Assembly: GCF_002803295.2 (NCBI RefSeq)
Contig: NZ_PGGB02000010.1
Coordinates: forward strand, 13,457 to 45,456
Reading direction: 5' to 3'
DNA: 32,000 nucleotides
Source of the DNA: Caedibacter taeniospiralis
GTDB taxonomy: Bacteria; Pseudomonadota; Gammaproteobacteria; Francisellales; Francisellaceae
The notes beneath the pieces are model-generated. The model did no database searches, was not told where the DNA came from, and saw only the letters and a list, made by a program, of their open reading frames with translations. Numbering within the stretch: position 1 is the stretch's first letter; each line of letters starts with the position of its first letter. Position numbers and translations under genes: made by a program. Positions 1-8,639 of this stretch are shown here, in pieces.

Positions 1-1747
1 GCTTCTCTGGCGCTGTTAGGATAGATGTTTTTGCTTTTGCTATCAGGTGTTCTAATTCATTTTGACGTGCCTGCTTCATTATCTTATCTAACATTGCCAT
101 TAATTCATCAATAAGTTGTTCTGCTTCAAGCTCAATCTGCAGTTGTAAAAGCTGGTAGAAATAGGTTTTAAACAACTCATACTTTTCAATCAGCATCTGC
201 ACTAGCAAGGCAGAAGACAGCCCGTCATTTTGCCTGATTATATTCAAAGCATCAAGCAAAATAAAATGCTGTTCGGTGACGCACTCAAACTCTATTTCTA
301 TAGCTTGTTGCAACACTACTTTATGCACTTCTTGCGGCATATTCATCATGTACGCCAGTGCTCTTTCGACCAGGCTTAGTTTATTTATATTCAACTGCCC
401 GCATTTTGGTAGCATTTTTGATGAAGCATTCCTATCTGTAGACGCTTTTTGCTTTATCATTCGCTGTAATTGCAATGATGAGATATCTATTGCCTTGGCA
501 AGCTGCTCTATTATCATCAGAGTGTAGGCACTTTCTGGCATGTTCTTTAAAATGCGTCTGGTTTCCTCTATCAATTGAGCCAGGCTATCCGCGCTGCTTA
601 AATCATATTTGGTCACTAAATTATGGACAAAAAAATCTGCTGCACTAAGCGCAGTTTCCAAAGATTTTGTAAAGCCTCCTAAGCCAAACACTTTGATATA
701 TGAATCTGGATCATGTTCTTGTGGTAGCAATAGAAAACGTGCTTTCTTATGTTCATTCAGTAGTGGCAATACCATTTCAAATGCTCGCAAGGCCGCGTTT
801 TGTCCTGCATTATCTCCATCAAAGCACAACACAATCTCTGAGGTGTGACGAAATAAGGTTTTAATATGAGTTTCAGACAATGCAGTTCCTAAAGTAGCCA
901 CAGCCATGGTATATCCATGTTGATAAAGACCGATCACATCCATATACCCCTCAACCACCATGATATGTGAAGGGTTTTTGTGTTGCTGTTTTAACTCATA
1001 TAAGCCATATAACTCGTGACTTTTAAAAAATACGGGTGTCTCTGGCGAATTTAAGTATTTAGGATTTGCGTCTTTATTGGGTAATACTCGCCCACCAAAA
1101 CCAATCACAAGTCCTTTACGATTACGAATTGGAAACATTAAACGCTCACGAAAGCGATCATATACGCGTGTTTTGTCTTTGCAAATAACCAAACCCGCCT
1201 GATCTAAAACTTCCAGTGAAAACTGTTTTCTCAACACCTCATACAACGCCTGCCACTGATTTGGGGCATAACCCAGCTGAAAATATTTGATCGTTTTTGC
1301 TTCCAAGGCGCGCGCTTTTATATAATCAATAACGGCTGCTTTGTCGATATCATGACGCAAACACCATTGGTAATATTTATTTGCCATTTGCAAGGCTTCA
1401 TATATCGATTTCGTTAGTTTCTCCTGCGATAAGTCCCTCTTGGCGTTCTCATAGGGGACTTCAAGCCCTTGCATATACGCCAGCTCTTCAATCGCTTCGA
1501 CAAAGGTTAAACTATTGTAATCCGACAGGAAATCAATGACATCACCCGAAACATGGCAGCCGAAACAGTGGTACATTTGTTTGTCTGGATTTACTGAGAA
1601 TGAAGGCGTTTTTTCATGATGAAAAGGGCAACACGCCATATAATTCTTGCCAGTTTTTTTAAGCGTCACATATTTTGAAACAACTTCAACAATATTTGTG
1701 GACGCCACGACCTGACGCACAAAAGTTACGGGAATACTTCCCCTCAT
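1..1747 (-). CDS. dnaG: DNA primase DnaG (C-terminus runs off the left edge)
   Basis: Read manually on the minus strand from ATG at 1747: MRGSIPVTFVRQVVASTNIVEVVSKYVTLKKTGKNYMACCPFHHEKTPSFSVNPDKQMYHCFGCHVSGDVIDFL..., with the CHC2-type zinc finger typical of DnaG. No stop before the window edge, so it is absent from the ORF track. Gene order rpsU-(yqeY)-dnaG fits the macromolecular synthesis operon. Confidence 0.95.
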   Translation of the reverse strand, partial: MRGSIPVTFVRQVVASTNIVEVVSKYVTLKKTGKNYMACCPFHHEKTPSFSVNPDKQMYHCFGCHVSGDVIDFLSDYNSLTFVEAIEELAYMQGLEVPYENAKRDLSQEKLTKSIYEALQMANKYYQWCLRHDIDKAAVIDYIKARALEAKTIKYFQLGYAPNQWQALYEVLRKQFSLEVLDQAGLVICKDKTRVYDRFRERLMFPIRNRKGLVIGFGGRVLPNKDANPKYLNSPETPVFFKSHELYGLYELKQQHKNPSHIMVVEGYMDVIGLYQHGYTMAVATLGTALSETHIKTLFRHTSEIVLCFDGDNAGQNAALRAFEMVLPLLNEHKKARFLLLPQEHDPDSYIKVFGLGGFTKSLETALSAADFFVHNLVTKYDLSSADSLAQLIEETRRILKNMPESAYTLMIIEQLAKAIDISSLQLQRMIKQKASTDRNASSKMLPKCGQLNINKLSLVERALAYMMNMPQEVHKVVLQQAIEIEFECVTEQHFILLDALNIIRQNDGLSSALLVQMLIEKYELFKTYFYQLLQLQIELEAEQLIDELMAMLDKIMKQARQNELEHLIAKAKTSILTAPEK

Positions 1748-1756
1748 GACGACCTG

Positions 1757-2203
1757 TTAGGATAACTGTGATTTGATGATTAAACCAACTTTCCCCATAT
1801 CAGCCCTACCGTTTAGTTCGGCTTTAATGGCACCCATAATTTTACCCATGTCTTTAACTGATGACGCGCCCACCTCTAAAATAGCGCGTTGGATAATCCC
1901 AATAATTTCATCTTCTGATAAGGGTTTTGGTAAATAAACCTGTAAAATTTCTATTTCTTCCAGCTCTTTTTGTGCAAGCTCATCTCGACCTGCCCGTTTA
2001 AATTGCTCAGCCGAATCCTTCCTTTGCTTGATCATTTTTGTCAGAATGCCGATAACATCTGCCTCTGTTACTTCGACACGCTCATCAACCTCTTTCTGCT
2101 TAAACGCAGCTAACGCCATACGAATAGTCGATAGACGATTTTTGTCTTTGTTCTTCATTGAGGTCTTCATATCTTCAACAAGACGTATACGTATTTCAGA
2201 CAT
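1757..2203 (-). CDS. yqeY: GatB/YqeY domain-containing protein
   Basis: 148 aa, MSEIRIRLVEDMKTSMKNKDKNRLSTIRMALAAFKQKEVDERVEVTEADVIGILTKMIKQRKDSAEQF..., characteristic YqeY family sequence, between rpsU and dnaG. Confidence 0.92.
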   Translation of the reverse strand: MSEIRIRLVEDMKTSMKNKDKNRLSTIRMALAAFKQKEVDERVEVTEADVIGILTKMIKQRKDSAEQFKRAGRDELAQKELEEIEILQVYLPKPLSEDEIIGIIQRAILEVGASSVKDMGKIMGAIKAELNGRADMGKVGLIIKSQLS

Positions 2204-2285
2204 TTATTAATCCTAACACTTTGATTTGGTGAGTTTATTTTTTCATACACTTAACTACTACTGCAAATTAGGTCTTACCAGAATT

Positions 2286-2350
2286 TCCACCCATTTTTGC
2301 AAGGGCGTATACAATACGCCCCTCCGCACCATCTGTCGTGGGCGGAGATA
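2286..2350. repeat. Short copy of the second intergenic repeat family
   Basis: TTCCACCCATTTTTGCAAGGGCGTATACAATACGCCCCTCCG...GTGGGCGGAGATATTATCG; palindrome GGGCGTAT/ATACGCCC as in 16208-16229. Confidence 0.5.
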
Positions 2351-2446
2351 TTATCGTTACCTGCAAATATGGCATCCATAAATGCAACAGCCAACTATAC
2401 CACAGAAGCATAGCTGGCTGGCTGATTTGCAACAATCTTTTTGGTT

Positions 2447-2656
2447 CTAGTGGTGAGGCATTGCTGAACCTGAACGCGATTGCTTCATTGAGCGCTTAAC
2501 CGCTGCTGCTTTCTTGCGTTTGCGCTCCCATGTCGGCTTCTCATAAAATTCTCTGCTACGAAGCTCAGAAACAATTCCCGCTTTCTCACAACTACGCTTA
2601 AAACGGCGGAGCGCAACATCGAAAGGCTCTGTTTCTCTTACACGTACTGCTGGCAT
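2447..2656 (-). CDS. rpsU: 30S ribosomal protein S21
   Basis: [55 protein letters not shown]...; listed ORF starts 3 codons upstream, but MPAVRVRE is the likely start. Confidence 0.95.
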   Translation of the reverse strand: MPAVRVRETEPFDVALRRFKRSCEKAGIVSELRSREFYEKPTWERKRKKAAAVKRSMKQSRSGSAMPHH

Positions 2657-2950
2657 ATATCTCACCTCGCTTAAATGCCATTAAAACATCAACAACTCTA
2701 TTTGTAAGGTCTAAATAAACAGGCTTACCTGCCACTTTAGTCCTAAAAATCAAACGCGCCAAGTCTACAAACTTTCCCTCCAAAAAGCAAATGCGTTTTG
2801 CTGAAATTTGCTCCAAAAATAATAGGCTTGGCAGGATTCCCACTCATAAATCTGTTGCAGCTTTTGATTAGGTAGCACATAATGCTGACGGCAATGACCA
2901 TGTCATGGTCTTTGACTCTCTTGTGTTAATTGGCGAAGTGGCTAAATATT

Positions 2951-3397
2951 ATGATCCAAAGCGAAACTAAAAATCAGCTCATCATCGCAGATGAGCATGC
3001 GATGCTTGAACTTGGTAAAAAAATCAGCAAATCTCTCAAAAAAGGCGGTGTTATCTATCTTTATGGAGATCTAGGCGCTGGCAAAACTACACTTACCAAA
3101 GGTATTTTACAAGGTTTTGGGTTTACAGGGAGTGTCAAAAGCCCTACTTACACACTGATTGAAACTTATCCGATTAATGGCACCATCTTGCAGCACTTTG
3201 ATTTGTATCGGTTAAGTGATCCAGAGGAGCTTGAATGGATTGGCATTCGTGACTACTTCAACGGCGACAGCATTTCGCTGATTGAGTGGCCACAAAAGGG
3301 TGGCGACTTTCTGCCCCCCCCCACCAGGGAAATTCACATTGCGTACACAGGTACAGGTCGTTCTGTCACCATACTACCTCTTGGGCTGACATTTTAA
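2951..3397 (+). CDS. tsaE: tRNA (adenosine(37)-N6)-threonylcarbamoyltransferase complex ATPase subunit TsaE
   Basis: Walker A GDLGAGKTTLTKGILQGFG, SPTYTLIETY, HFDLYRL, IEWPQKGGDFLPPP. ORF opens with TTG at 2930; ATG at 2951 is the more likely start. Confidence 0.93.
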   Translation: MIQSETKNQLIIADEHAMLELGKKISKSLKKGGVIYLYGDLGAGKTTLTKGILQGFGFTGSVKSPTYTLIETYPINGTILQHFDLYRLSDPEELEWIGIRDYFNGDSISLIEWPQKGGDFLPPPTREIHIAYTGTGRSVTILPLGLTF

Positions 3398-3413
3398 AAA
3401 CCAGATCATCGAT

Positions 3414-6400
3414 TTACAAGAGGTGAATATAGGGGATCAATGGGAAATACAAGGATACCTTGATGTGTGTCTTGTTTATTTGAAGATGTGTTGCCAGTAA
3501 GGTTTGATAGGTCTTTAGCTGTTCGCTGTAGTGAGTCTCTTGCACTTTAAGAAAATCTTCTAATGTCTCTCCGAAGGCAGGTGATGTAAATTTGTAGTCC
3601 ACAATATGGTACTGGTTATTGTCAACAATGATTCTATCGGCAATATTTTTCTTCAGTTTGCCAAAGTTTAAACTTAGCATCATTTGTTCACTCATGCCCG
3701 TGGCAGAAAATATCCAGGGATAATGCTGTTGTGTGTATTCAACAGCGAGCCTGGCGTCGTTTAGAGCTTTAATTTTAAGCGTACCTGAAAGCGCATATTC
3801 ATGGGCACAGAGTGAGAAATATGCTTGCCAGTCACCGATGTGATCAGGATTACGGCATAGATAGTTAAATAATTGGTGAAGCACTGATCCCATCTGGCGA
3901 TCTTCACTTACTATCAACTCATTCATATCAGGATGATTAAGCTCATCTTGCAACATCATGGAAGGGAAGATGTCTGTCAAGGAAATGGAGTAGTGACTCA
4001 CTTGTTTGATGGGTTTATAGCAGGCGAGTCTTTCTACCTTATCTTGTAATAATTGCTGAGATTGAGTTTCATGTGGCGCAGTCTTCCAGGGAAAGTTTAA
4101 AGGTTGAAGTAATGCAAGTAGACTATTGTTTTTAGCAGTGAGCTGATCGCTGTTATTTTCAGTAATCGCGGTAAGAAGAAGCTTTGATTTTGCGCGTGTG
4201 ACCGCTACGTAGAGAAGGCGCTGCTGTTCATAGGCAGCACGCTTCTTTTGCATATTTTGAATGACTTGATAAAGGGCGGGGGCTGATTTATCCCAGCTGT
4301 GTTTGATAGGACTCAATAACAAATGTATCTTGTGATCATTTAAGCGCACGCTTTCGTGTAGAAATAATGGGTTTTCATCGCCTTTGCTGCCCTTATCCAG
4401 CTGCGGGAGAATCACAAAATCAAACTCAAGCCCCTTGGCCTTATGAATGGTCATAATAGAAACCTGGGCTTGTGAGGGGATACTGATATATTTTCGTTTC
4501 AAGGTATCAATTAAACGATCCATATTGGCAATCGAAGTCTTATCAGGAGTTAAATGCCCATCTAGCAAAGCCAAAAAGCTGGTGTACAGGCTTTTTTGCG
4601 CGCCATGAATATTCATTCCATCCAGCCTTTGCCATAAGATGCTTAAGCGGTCAATTAATGATCCACGCAAACTGGTAAACGGCATATTCATTAGCCACTG
4701 TAAAAAATGATGGGCTTTTTGTTGGTGAGCATGAGTCTGATGATGACAAAGATAAGTCAGGAGTTGCTGGCAAAATGAAATATCCTCCCGCCCGCACATG
4801 GATATTTTTTTAACCGAAGTTTCGCACTTTTGCAAATTTACACGTTTAAGAAACACCCCGTCAGCCTGCGGCTGCCACCCCTCTACAAGAGGGGAATCTT
4901 TTGATGGCTTTCTATCAAATTCCCCTTCATTTGTGAAGGGGTGGACGCAAAGCGGACGGGGTAGTTCAGCAAGCAGTGCATAATCCGAGCTTTTTATGCG
5001 ATTCAATTCATTTAAACTAAATCCAAATAAGGATGATTGTAATAAGCTTATCCAGTAAATCTCTTGTTCAGGATTAGTTAAAATCGCCGCAAGAGAGACA
5101 AGATCCATAACCATTGGCTGGTGATAAAAAGGCTCAATCTCGTTTTCAACGAGTCTGATTTGATGCGCTTTTAGAATGGGGATCATCGTTTTAAGCTGTG
5201 TTCGTGTACGCACCAAGATAGCGATATGATGCTTGGAGTGCTCTTGCAGATAATGTTTAATCTTATGAGCGATATAATGCGCCTCGTCTTGAGCGTCACT
5301 AAAGAGTGAAAAACTTACTGCTTCTTGATTATCAGTTTCAGACAGTGTGCTTGCGTAAGCATAACTAATACCTCCATAGTTCATATCATCTTCAGCAGGA
5401 AAAATCTGACTGAAGCTTTTATTCACCCAATCAACGATGCTTTTTTGCGAACGAAAATTACAATGAAGTTGCAAAAATTTGGGTTTAATTTGGTTAATAC
5501 CTTGAGATTTAACTTCTAAAAACTGATTCACTTCCGCTTGACGAAAGCGGTAAATAGATTGCATAGGGTCTCCGACAACAAACAGTGTTTTACCATCGTC
5601 AGACTGCCATTCCAAAGTTAGCATTTGCAGTAATTTAAATTGTAAAATTGAGGTATCCTGGAACTCATCAATGAGTAAATGCCTGATCTGATGATCCAGA
5701 TAAAGCATAAGCTCTGTTGGACTGTCTTCATTACCTAATGCCGACAAAGCCTGGAGTGATACTTCATTAAAATCAAGCAAGCCCTGCTGTTTGAAAACAA
5801 GCTTAAGATATTGCACTAAACGCAAGCTGATTTGAGTGATCGCCTTGAGTATTTGCCACTCGTTATCATCAAAGATAAGCTTTTCATAGAGTACAAGCTC
5901 AGAAATAACCGCATAAATCCTGAGCTTGTCTTTATCGCTAAACTGTTCAATGTAGGTAAGGAGCCATTTTTTATGTGCCTCGGCAGTTGGGTCTTTGGCG
6001 GGCAGTCCCTGTCTGGCATTAAAAGTCTTTCGAAACTGAAGCTCACTTGTAAACAGTAGCTGAATGAGTCGTTGCCAAAAATAAGGATGATTGCGGTTAT
6101 CCTCAAACGATTGAATTAAATTTTCATCAGTGGACTGATTAGAGTCTTGATGATCACAAAATGCAATAATCTGCCCAAGCCTTTCACTATAAGTCTTTTG
6201 GTCCAAACAAAGCAGATGCGTGGCTTTCTGGCATAATGCTCTAAAAAGCGCCAAAAAGCCTGATTCAATCGTTGACCTGGTATTAGTATCCTTTTGGTAA
6301 AGGAGTTCGGATTGCAATAAAACCGGTAGCCACTGTTCACGAGTTGACAGTAGATTGGTAAATAGTTGTTTGACATTACTGATATTGTTATCAAGATGAA

Positions 6401-6956
6401 GCAACAGTTGATAAAAATCCTGATAATAAGGACTCGTATCCGTTGTGTCAGCAATGAGTTGATCAATGGCTTTTTCATACAAAAGCTCTGGCGAGTCAGT
6501 CACTTCGGCGCTAAATGCTTCACCCGTTTCAAAAACAAGCTGTTTTGATAAGAGCTGACAAAAGGCGTCGATGGTTGTGATGCGTAATCTCTTGGGGTTA
6601 TTGAGAATTTGCCAATGTTTCATCTGACTTTGTTTGAGTGCTGCTTGTGCAAGCTCAAAGGTCAGTTTTTTATGTGACTCATCGGAGGCGCGCGTGCTTT
6701 TTGCATCCATAAGCGCCTCATAAATTCGATGGTGCATTTCATTGGCCGCTTTATTGGTAAAGGTTAGCGCGATAATTTCTTCAGGTGCATCGGCATGTGC
6801 CAACAGGTTTAAGTAACGCTGTGTCAGAGTTTCTGTTTTGCCAGAACCAGCGGGTGCTTGAACGATAAAAGATCGACGGGGGTCTAACGCTTGCTTACGC
6901 GCGTGAGCATCATCAGGGATCATGGATAAGGCTGCATTTATTACACTAGCCAACAT
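3414..6956 (-). CDS. UvrD/REP-family helicase with C-terminal PD-(D/E)XK nuclease-like region (AddA/RecB-like)
   Basis: 1180 aa; Walker A APAGSGKTETL, LLIDEFQDTSILQF, VGDPMQSIYRFRQAEV, IMTIHKAKGLEFDFVILPQL, RLLYVAVTRAKSKLLL, and C-terminal HIVDYKF with YSEQLKTYQTLL. Contains an in-frame palindromic element (4814-4989). Confidence 0.9.
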   Translation of the reverse strand: MLASVINAALSMIPDDAHARKQALDPRRSFIVQAPAGSGKTETLTQRYLNLLAHADAPEEIIALTFTNKAANEMHHRIYEALMDAKSTRASDESHKKLTFELAQAALKQSQMKHWQILNNPKRLRITTIDAFCQLLSKQLVFETGEAFSAEVTDSPELLYEKAIDQLIADTTDTSPYYQDFYQLLLHLDNNISNVKQLFTNLLSTREQWLPVLLQSELLYQKDTNTRSTIESGFLALFRALCQKATHLLCLDQKTYSERLGQIIAFCDHQDSNQSTDENLIQSFEDNRNHPYFWQRLIQLLFTSELQFRKTFNARQGLPAKDPTAEAHKKWLLTYIEQFSDKDKLRIYAVISELVLYEKLIFDDNEWQILKAITQISLRLVQYLKLVFKQQGLLDFNEVSLQALSALGNEDSPTELMLYLDHQIRHLLIDEFQDTSILQFKLLQMLTLEWQSDDGKTLFVVGDPMQSIYRFRQAEVNQFLEVKSQGINQIKPKFLQLHCNFRSQKSIVDWVNKSFSQIFPAEDDMNYGGISYAYASTLSETDNQEAVSFSLFSDAQDEAHYIAHKIKHYLQEHSKHHIAILVRTRTQLKTMIPILKAHQIRLVENEIEPFYHQPMVMDLVSLAAILTNPEQEIYWISLLQSSLFGFSLNELNRIKSSDYALLAELPRPLCVHPFTNEGEFDRKPSKDSPLVEGWQPQADGVFLKRVNLQKCETSVKKISMCGREDISFCQQLLTYLCHHQTHAHQQKAHHFLQWLMNMPFTSLRGSLIDRLSILWQRLDGMNIHGAQKSLYTSFLALLDGHLTPDKTSIANMDRLIDTLKRKYISIPSQAQVSIMTIHKAKGLEFDFVILPQLDKGSKGDENPLFLHESVRLNDHKIHLLLSPIKHSWDKSAPALYQVIQNMQKKRAAYEQQRLLYVAVTRAKSKLLLTAITENNSDQLTAKNNSLLALLQPLNFPWKTAPHETQSQQLLQDKVERLACYKPIKQVSHYSISLTDIFPSMMLQDELNHPDMNELIVSEDRQMGSVLHQLFNYLCRNPDHIGDWQAYFSLCAHEYALSGTLKIKALNDARLAVEYTQQHYPWIFSATGMSEQMMLSLNFGKLKKNIADRIIVDNNQYHIVDYKFTSPAFGETLEDFLKVQETHYSEQLKTYQTLLATHLQINKTHIKVSLYFPLIPYIHLL
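4814..4989. repeat. Palindromic MITE-like element, long form, embedded in-frame in the helicase-nuclease gene
   Basis: Contains CCCCGTCAGCCTGCGGCTGCCACCCCT (4856-4882), identical over 27 nt to 11981-12007, and ATTCCCCTTCATTTGTGAAGGGGTG (4919-4943), 23/25 identical to 12041-12065. Closes with GACGGGGTAG. Outer left arm CCGAAGTTTCGCACTTTTGC matches the terminal repeat of the 8520-8625 element; right arm is more diverged. Confidence 0.85.
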
Positions 6957-6975
6957 CCTAGCGGATTCTCGCTAT

Positions 6976-7146
6976 CTATTCATTATTATTGCCGCATTCG
7001 TTTTTTAAATGGCGAATTTTCTCGACAGGAATCTGTAATGTCTTGGCAACCACAGAGATCGGCACGCCCATCTTAAGCATGGTCTCAGCTTCGCTTAACA
7101 GTGCGTCTTGTGCTGCATCGTTGTTATCTGTTTGATTGGATTCCAT
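6976..7146 (-). CDS. Small 56-aa protein, possibly HTH-like, function unknown
   Basis: Not in the ORF track. Read manually: MESNQTDNNDAAQDALLSEAETMLKMGVPISVVAKTLQIPVEKIRHLKNECGNNNE*. Strong Shine-Dalgarno upstream (AAGGAGAAAGCTAAA-ATG); segment MGVPISVVAKTLQIPVEKIRHL resembles a helix-turn-helix. Confidence 0.6.
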   Translation of the reverse strand: MESNQTDNNDAAQDALLSEAETMLKMGVPISVVAKTLQIPVEKIRHLKNECGNNNE

Positions 7147-7219
7147 TTTAGCTTTCTCCTTACCTTAGAAACTCACTTTATCGTAGCTAAAAACTCACTC
7201 AGATGCTAATGGTTTTCAC

Positions 7220-8500
7220 TCAAATTTTACCTGTTTTTTGTAACAGGCAATAATAAAAACCATCACCGCCATTTGGTTGTGGCAGGATCTGGTAACCATA
7301 TTTTTGCTTGATCGTTTTTGCAAGTAATGGAATATCAAGTGCCTGAAAATATGGATGGGCATCTAGAAATTGTGTGATCTGTTTTTCGTTCTCTTCGGGC
7401 AAGATAGAACAGGTTGCGTACAGTAACAATCCATCTGGTTTTAACTGAGAGGCTAAATTGTCAAGTATTCGTCCTTGAAGGTTGGCAATTTCTTTTACTT
7501 CTTCAGGAGTGCGTAATACCTTAATATCAGGATTGCGGCGTATCACTCCCGTAGCACTACAAGGCGCATCCAGTAAAATCTTATCAAATTGAAGTTCTGG
7601 GTCTAACTGCCCCGTAGCATCTTGAATAAGCAAATGAATATTGAGTTTATCCAGTTTCAGACGAATAAGGTTTTCTTTGATGCGCTCAAAGCGCTTAGCA
7701 TTATTATCCATAATGCTAAGCTCAATCTCAGGGCAAAGCTCCAATAAATGCGTGCTTTTACCACCAGGAGCCGCACAGGCGTCAAGGATTTTTTCGGAGG
7801 GTTTTGGCTGTAAAATATGAGCCGCAAGCTGCGCTGAGGCATCCTGGACACTAAAGCACCCTGCAGCAAAAAACGGAAGCTCACTGATGTTTTGTGTTTC
7901 AGCCAAGCAAATGCAATAAGGTACCTCCGTGAGTCTATACTGGATATTTTTTTGTTTAAAAGCACCACTAAGTTCAGTCTGGCTTCTCTGTTGATTCAAG
8001 CGTAAAAAAATAGGAGGCTGACGATTACTATTTTGCGTAATTGCATTGATCTCAAGTGGGTAGTGCTTCTTTAACTTTCCATACAACCAGTCGGGTAACT
8101 CCTGGAAACTCTCGATGTCAGGTAAGTTCTGCTCATGTGCAATCTTACGTAAAAGCGCATTAATAAATGTTCTCGTGTTACCAAGGTTAAGTTCATTACA
8201 GGCATTAACGGTTTCATTAATCGCGGCATGTATTGGCTTGCGCATAAAGAGAATCTGGTATATTCCAATGAGTGCCAGCACACGCACCTGTGCTTTGGTT
8301 TTCCCTTTTGCCCATTGATCAAAAAGGTGGTTAAGATAGAAAAAATGGCGAAAAACTCCATAACATATGGCATAGACTAAGCGGCGATTTTGCTCACTTA
8401 AGGAATAGGCGTTTAAGCGAGTATCAAGATGTGCCAAAGAGTCTTTGTTTTGCATGATCTGATGAATGATATGGCAAGCAATAGCGCGTGGATTTTCCAT
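7220..8500 (-). CDS. rsmB: 16S rRNA (cytosine(967)-C(5))-methyltransferase RsmB
   Basis: 426 aa with N-terminal NusB-like domain and DACAAPGGKSTHLLEL, DAPCSATGVIRRNPDIK, YATCSILPEENE motifs. Confidence 0.94.
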   Translation of the reverse strand: MENPRAIACHIIHQIMQNKDSLAHLDTRLNAYSLSEQNRRLVYAICYGVFRHFFYLNHLFDQWAKGKTKAQVRVLALIGIYQILFMRKPIHAAINETVNACNELNLGNTRTFINALLRKIAHEQNLPDIESFQELPDWLYGKLKKHYPLEINAITQNSNRQPPIFLRLNQQRSQTELSGAFKQKNIQYRLTEVPYCICLAETQNISELPFFAAGCFSVQDASAQLAAHILQPKPSEKILDACAAPGGKSTHLLELCPEIELSIMDNNAKRFERIKENLIRLKLDKLNIHLLIQDATGQLDPELQFDKILLDAPCSATGVIRRNPDIKVLRTPEEVKEIANLQGRILDNLASQLKPDGLLLYATCSILPEENEKQITQFLDAHPYFQALDIPLLAKTIKQKYGYQILPQPNGGDGFYYCLLQKTGKI

Positions 8501-8519
8501 GAGTTATTATCCATTATTA

Positions 8520-8625
8520 CTGGAGTTACGCACTTTTGCTGCACTACCCCCACCTCGCTTGCCTGACCACTACTGGAGTGGTCAGGCGGGGTAGTTAAAA
8601 AATCAGTAAAAGTACGTAACTTCAG
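8520..8625. repeat. Palindromic MITE-like element, short form
   Basis: Outer inverted repeats CTGGAGTTACGCACTTTTGCTG (8520-8541) and CAGTAAAAGTACGTAACTTCAG (8604-8625), 19/22 complementary. Inner CTACCCC (8544-8550)/GGGGTAG (8588-8594) around hairpin GCCTGACCACT-ACTGG-AGTGGTCAGGC. Confidence 0.85.
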
Positions 8626-8639
8626 ATTGTTAGAAAAAG

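Noticed and set aside
2598-2843. 81-aa minus-strand ORF overlapping the 5' end of rpsU
   Set aside because: Out of frame with the clear S21 gene, no recognisable family and atypical composition; most likely spurious.
5325-6548. Several plus- and minus-strand ORFs of 60-120 aa inside the helicase gene
   Set aside because: They overlap the well-supported 1180-aa AddA/RecB-like CDS in other frames and show no recognisable motifs; shadow ORFs.
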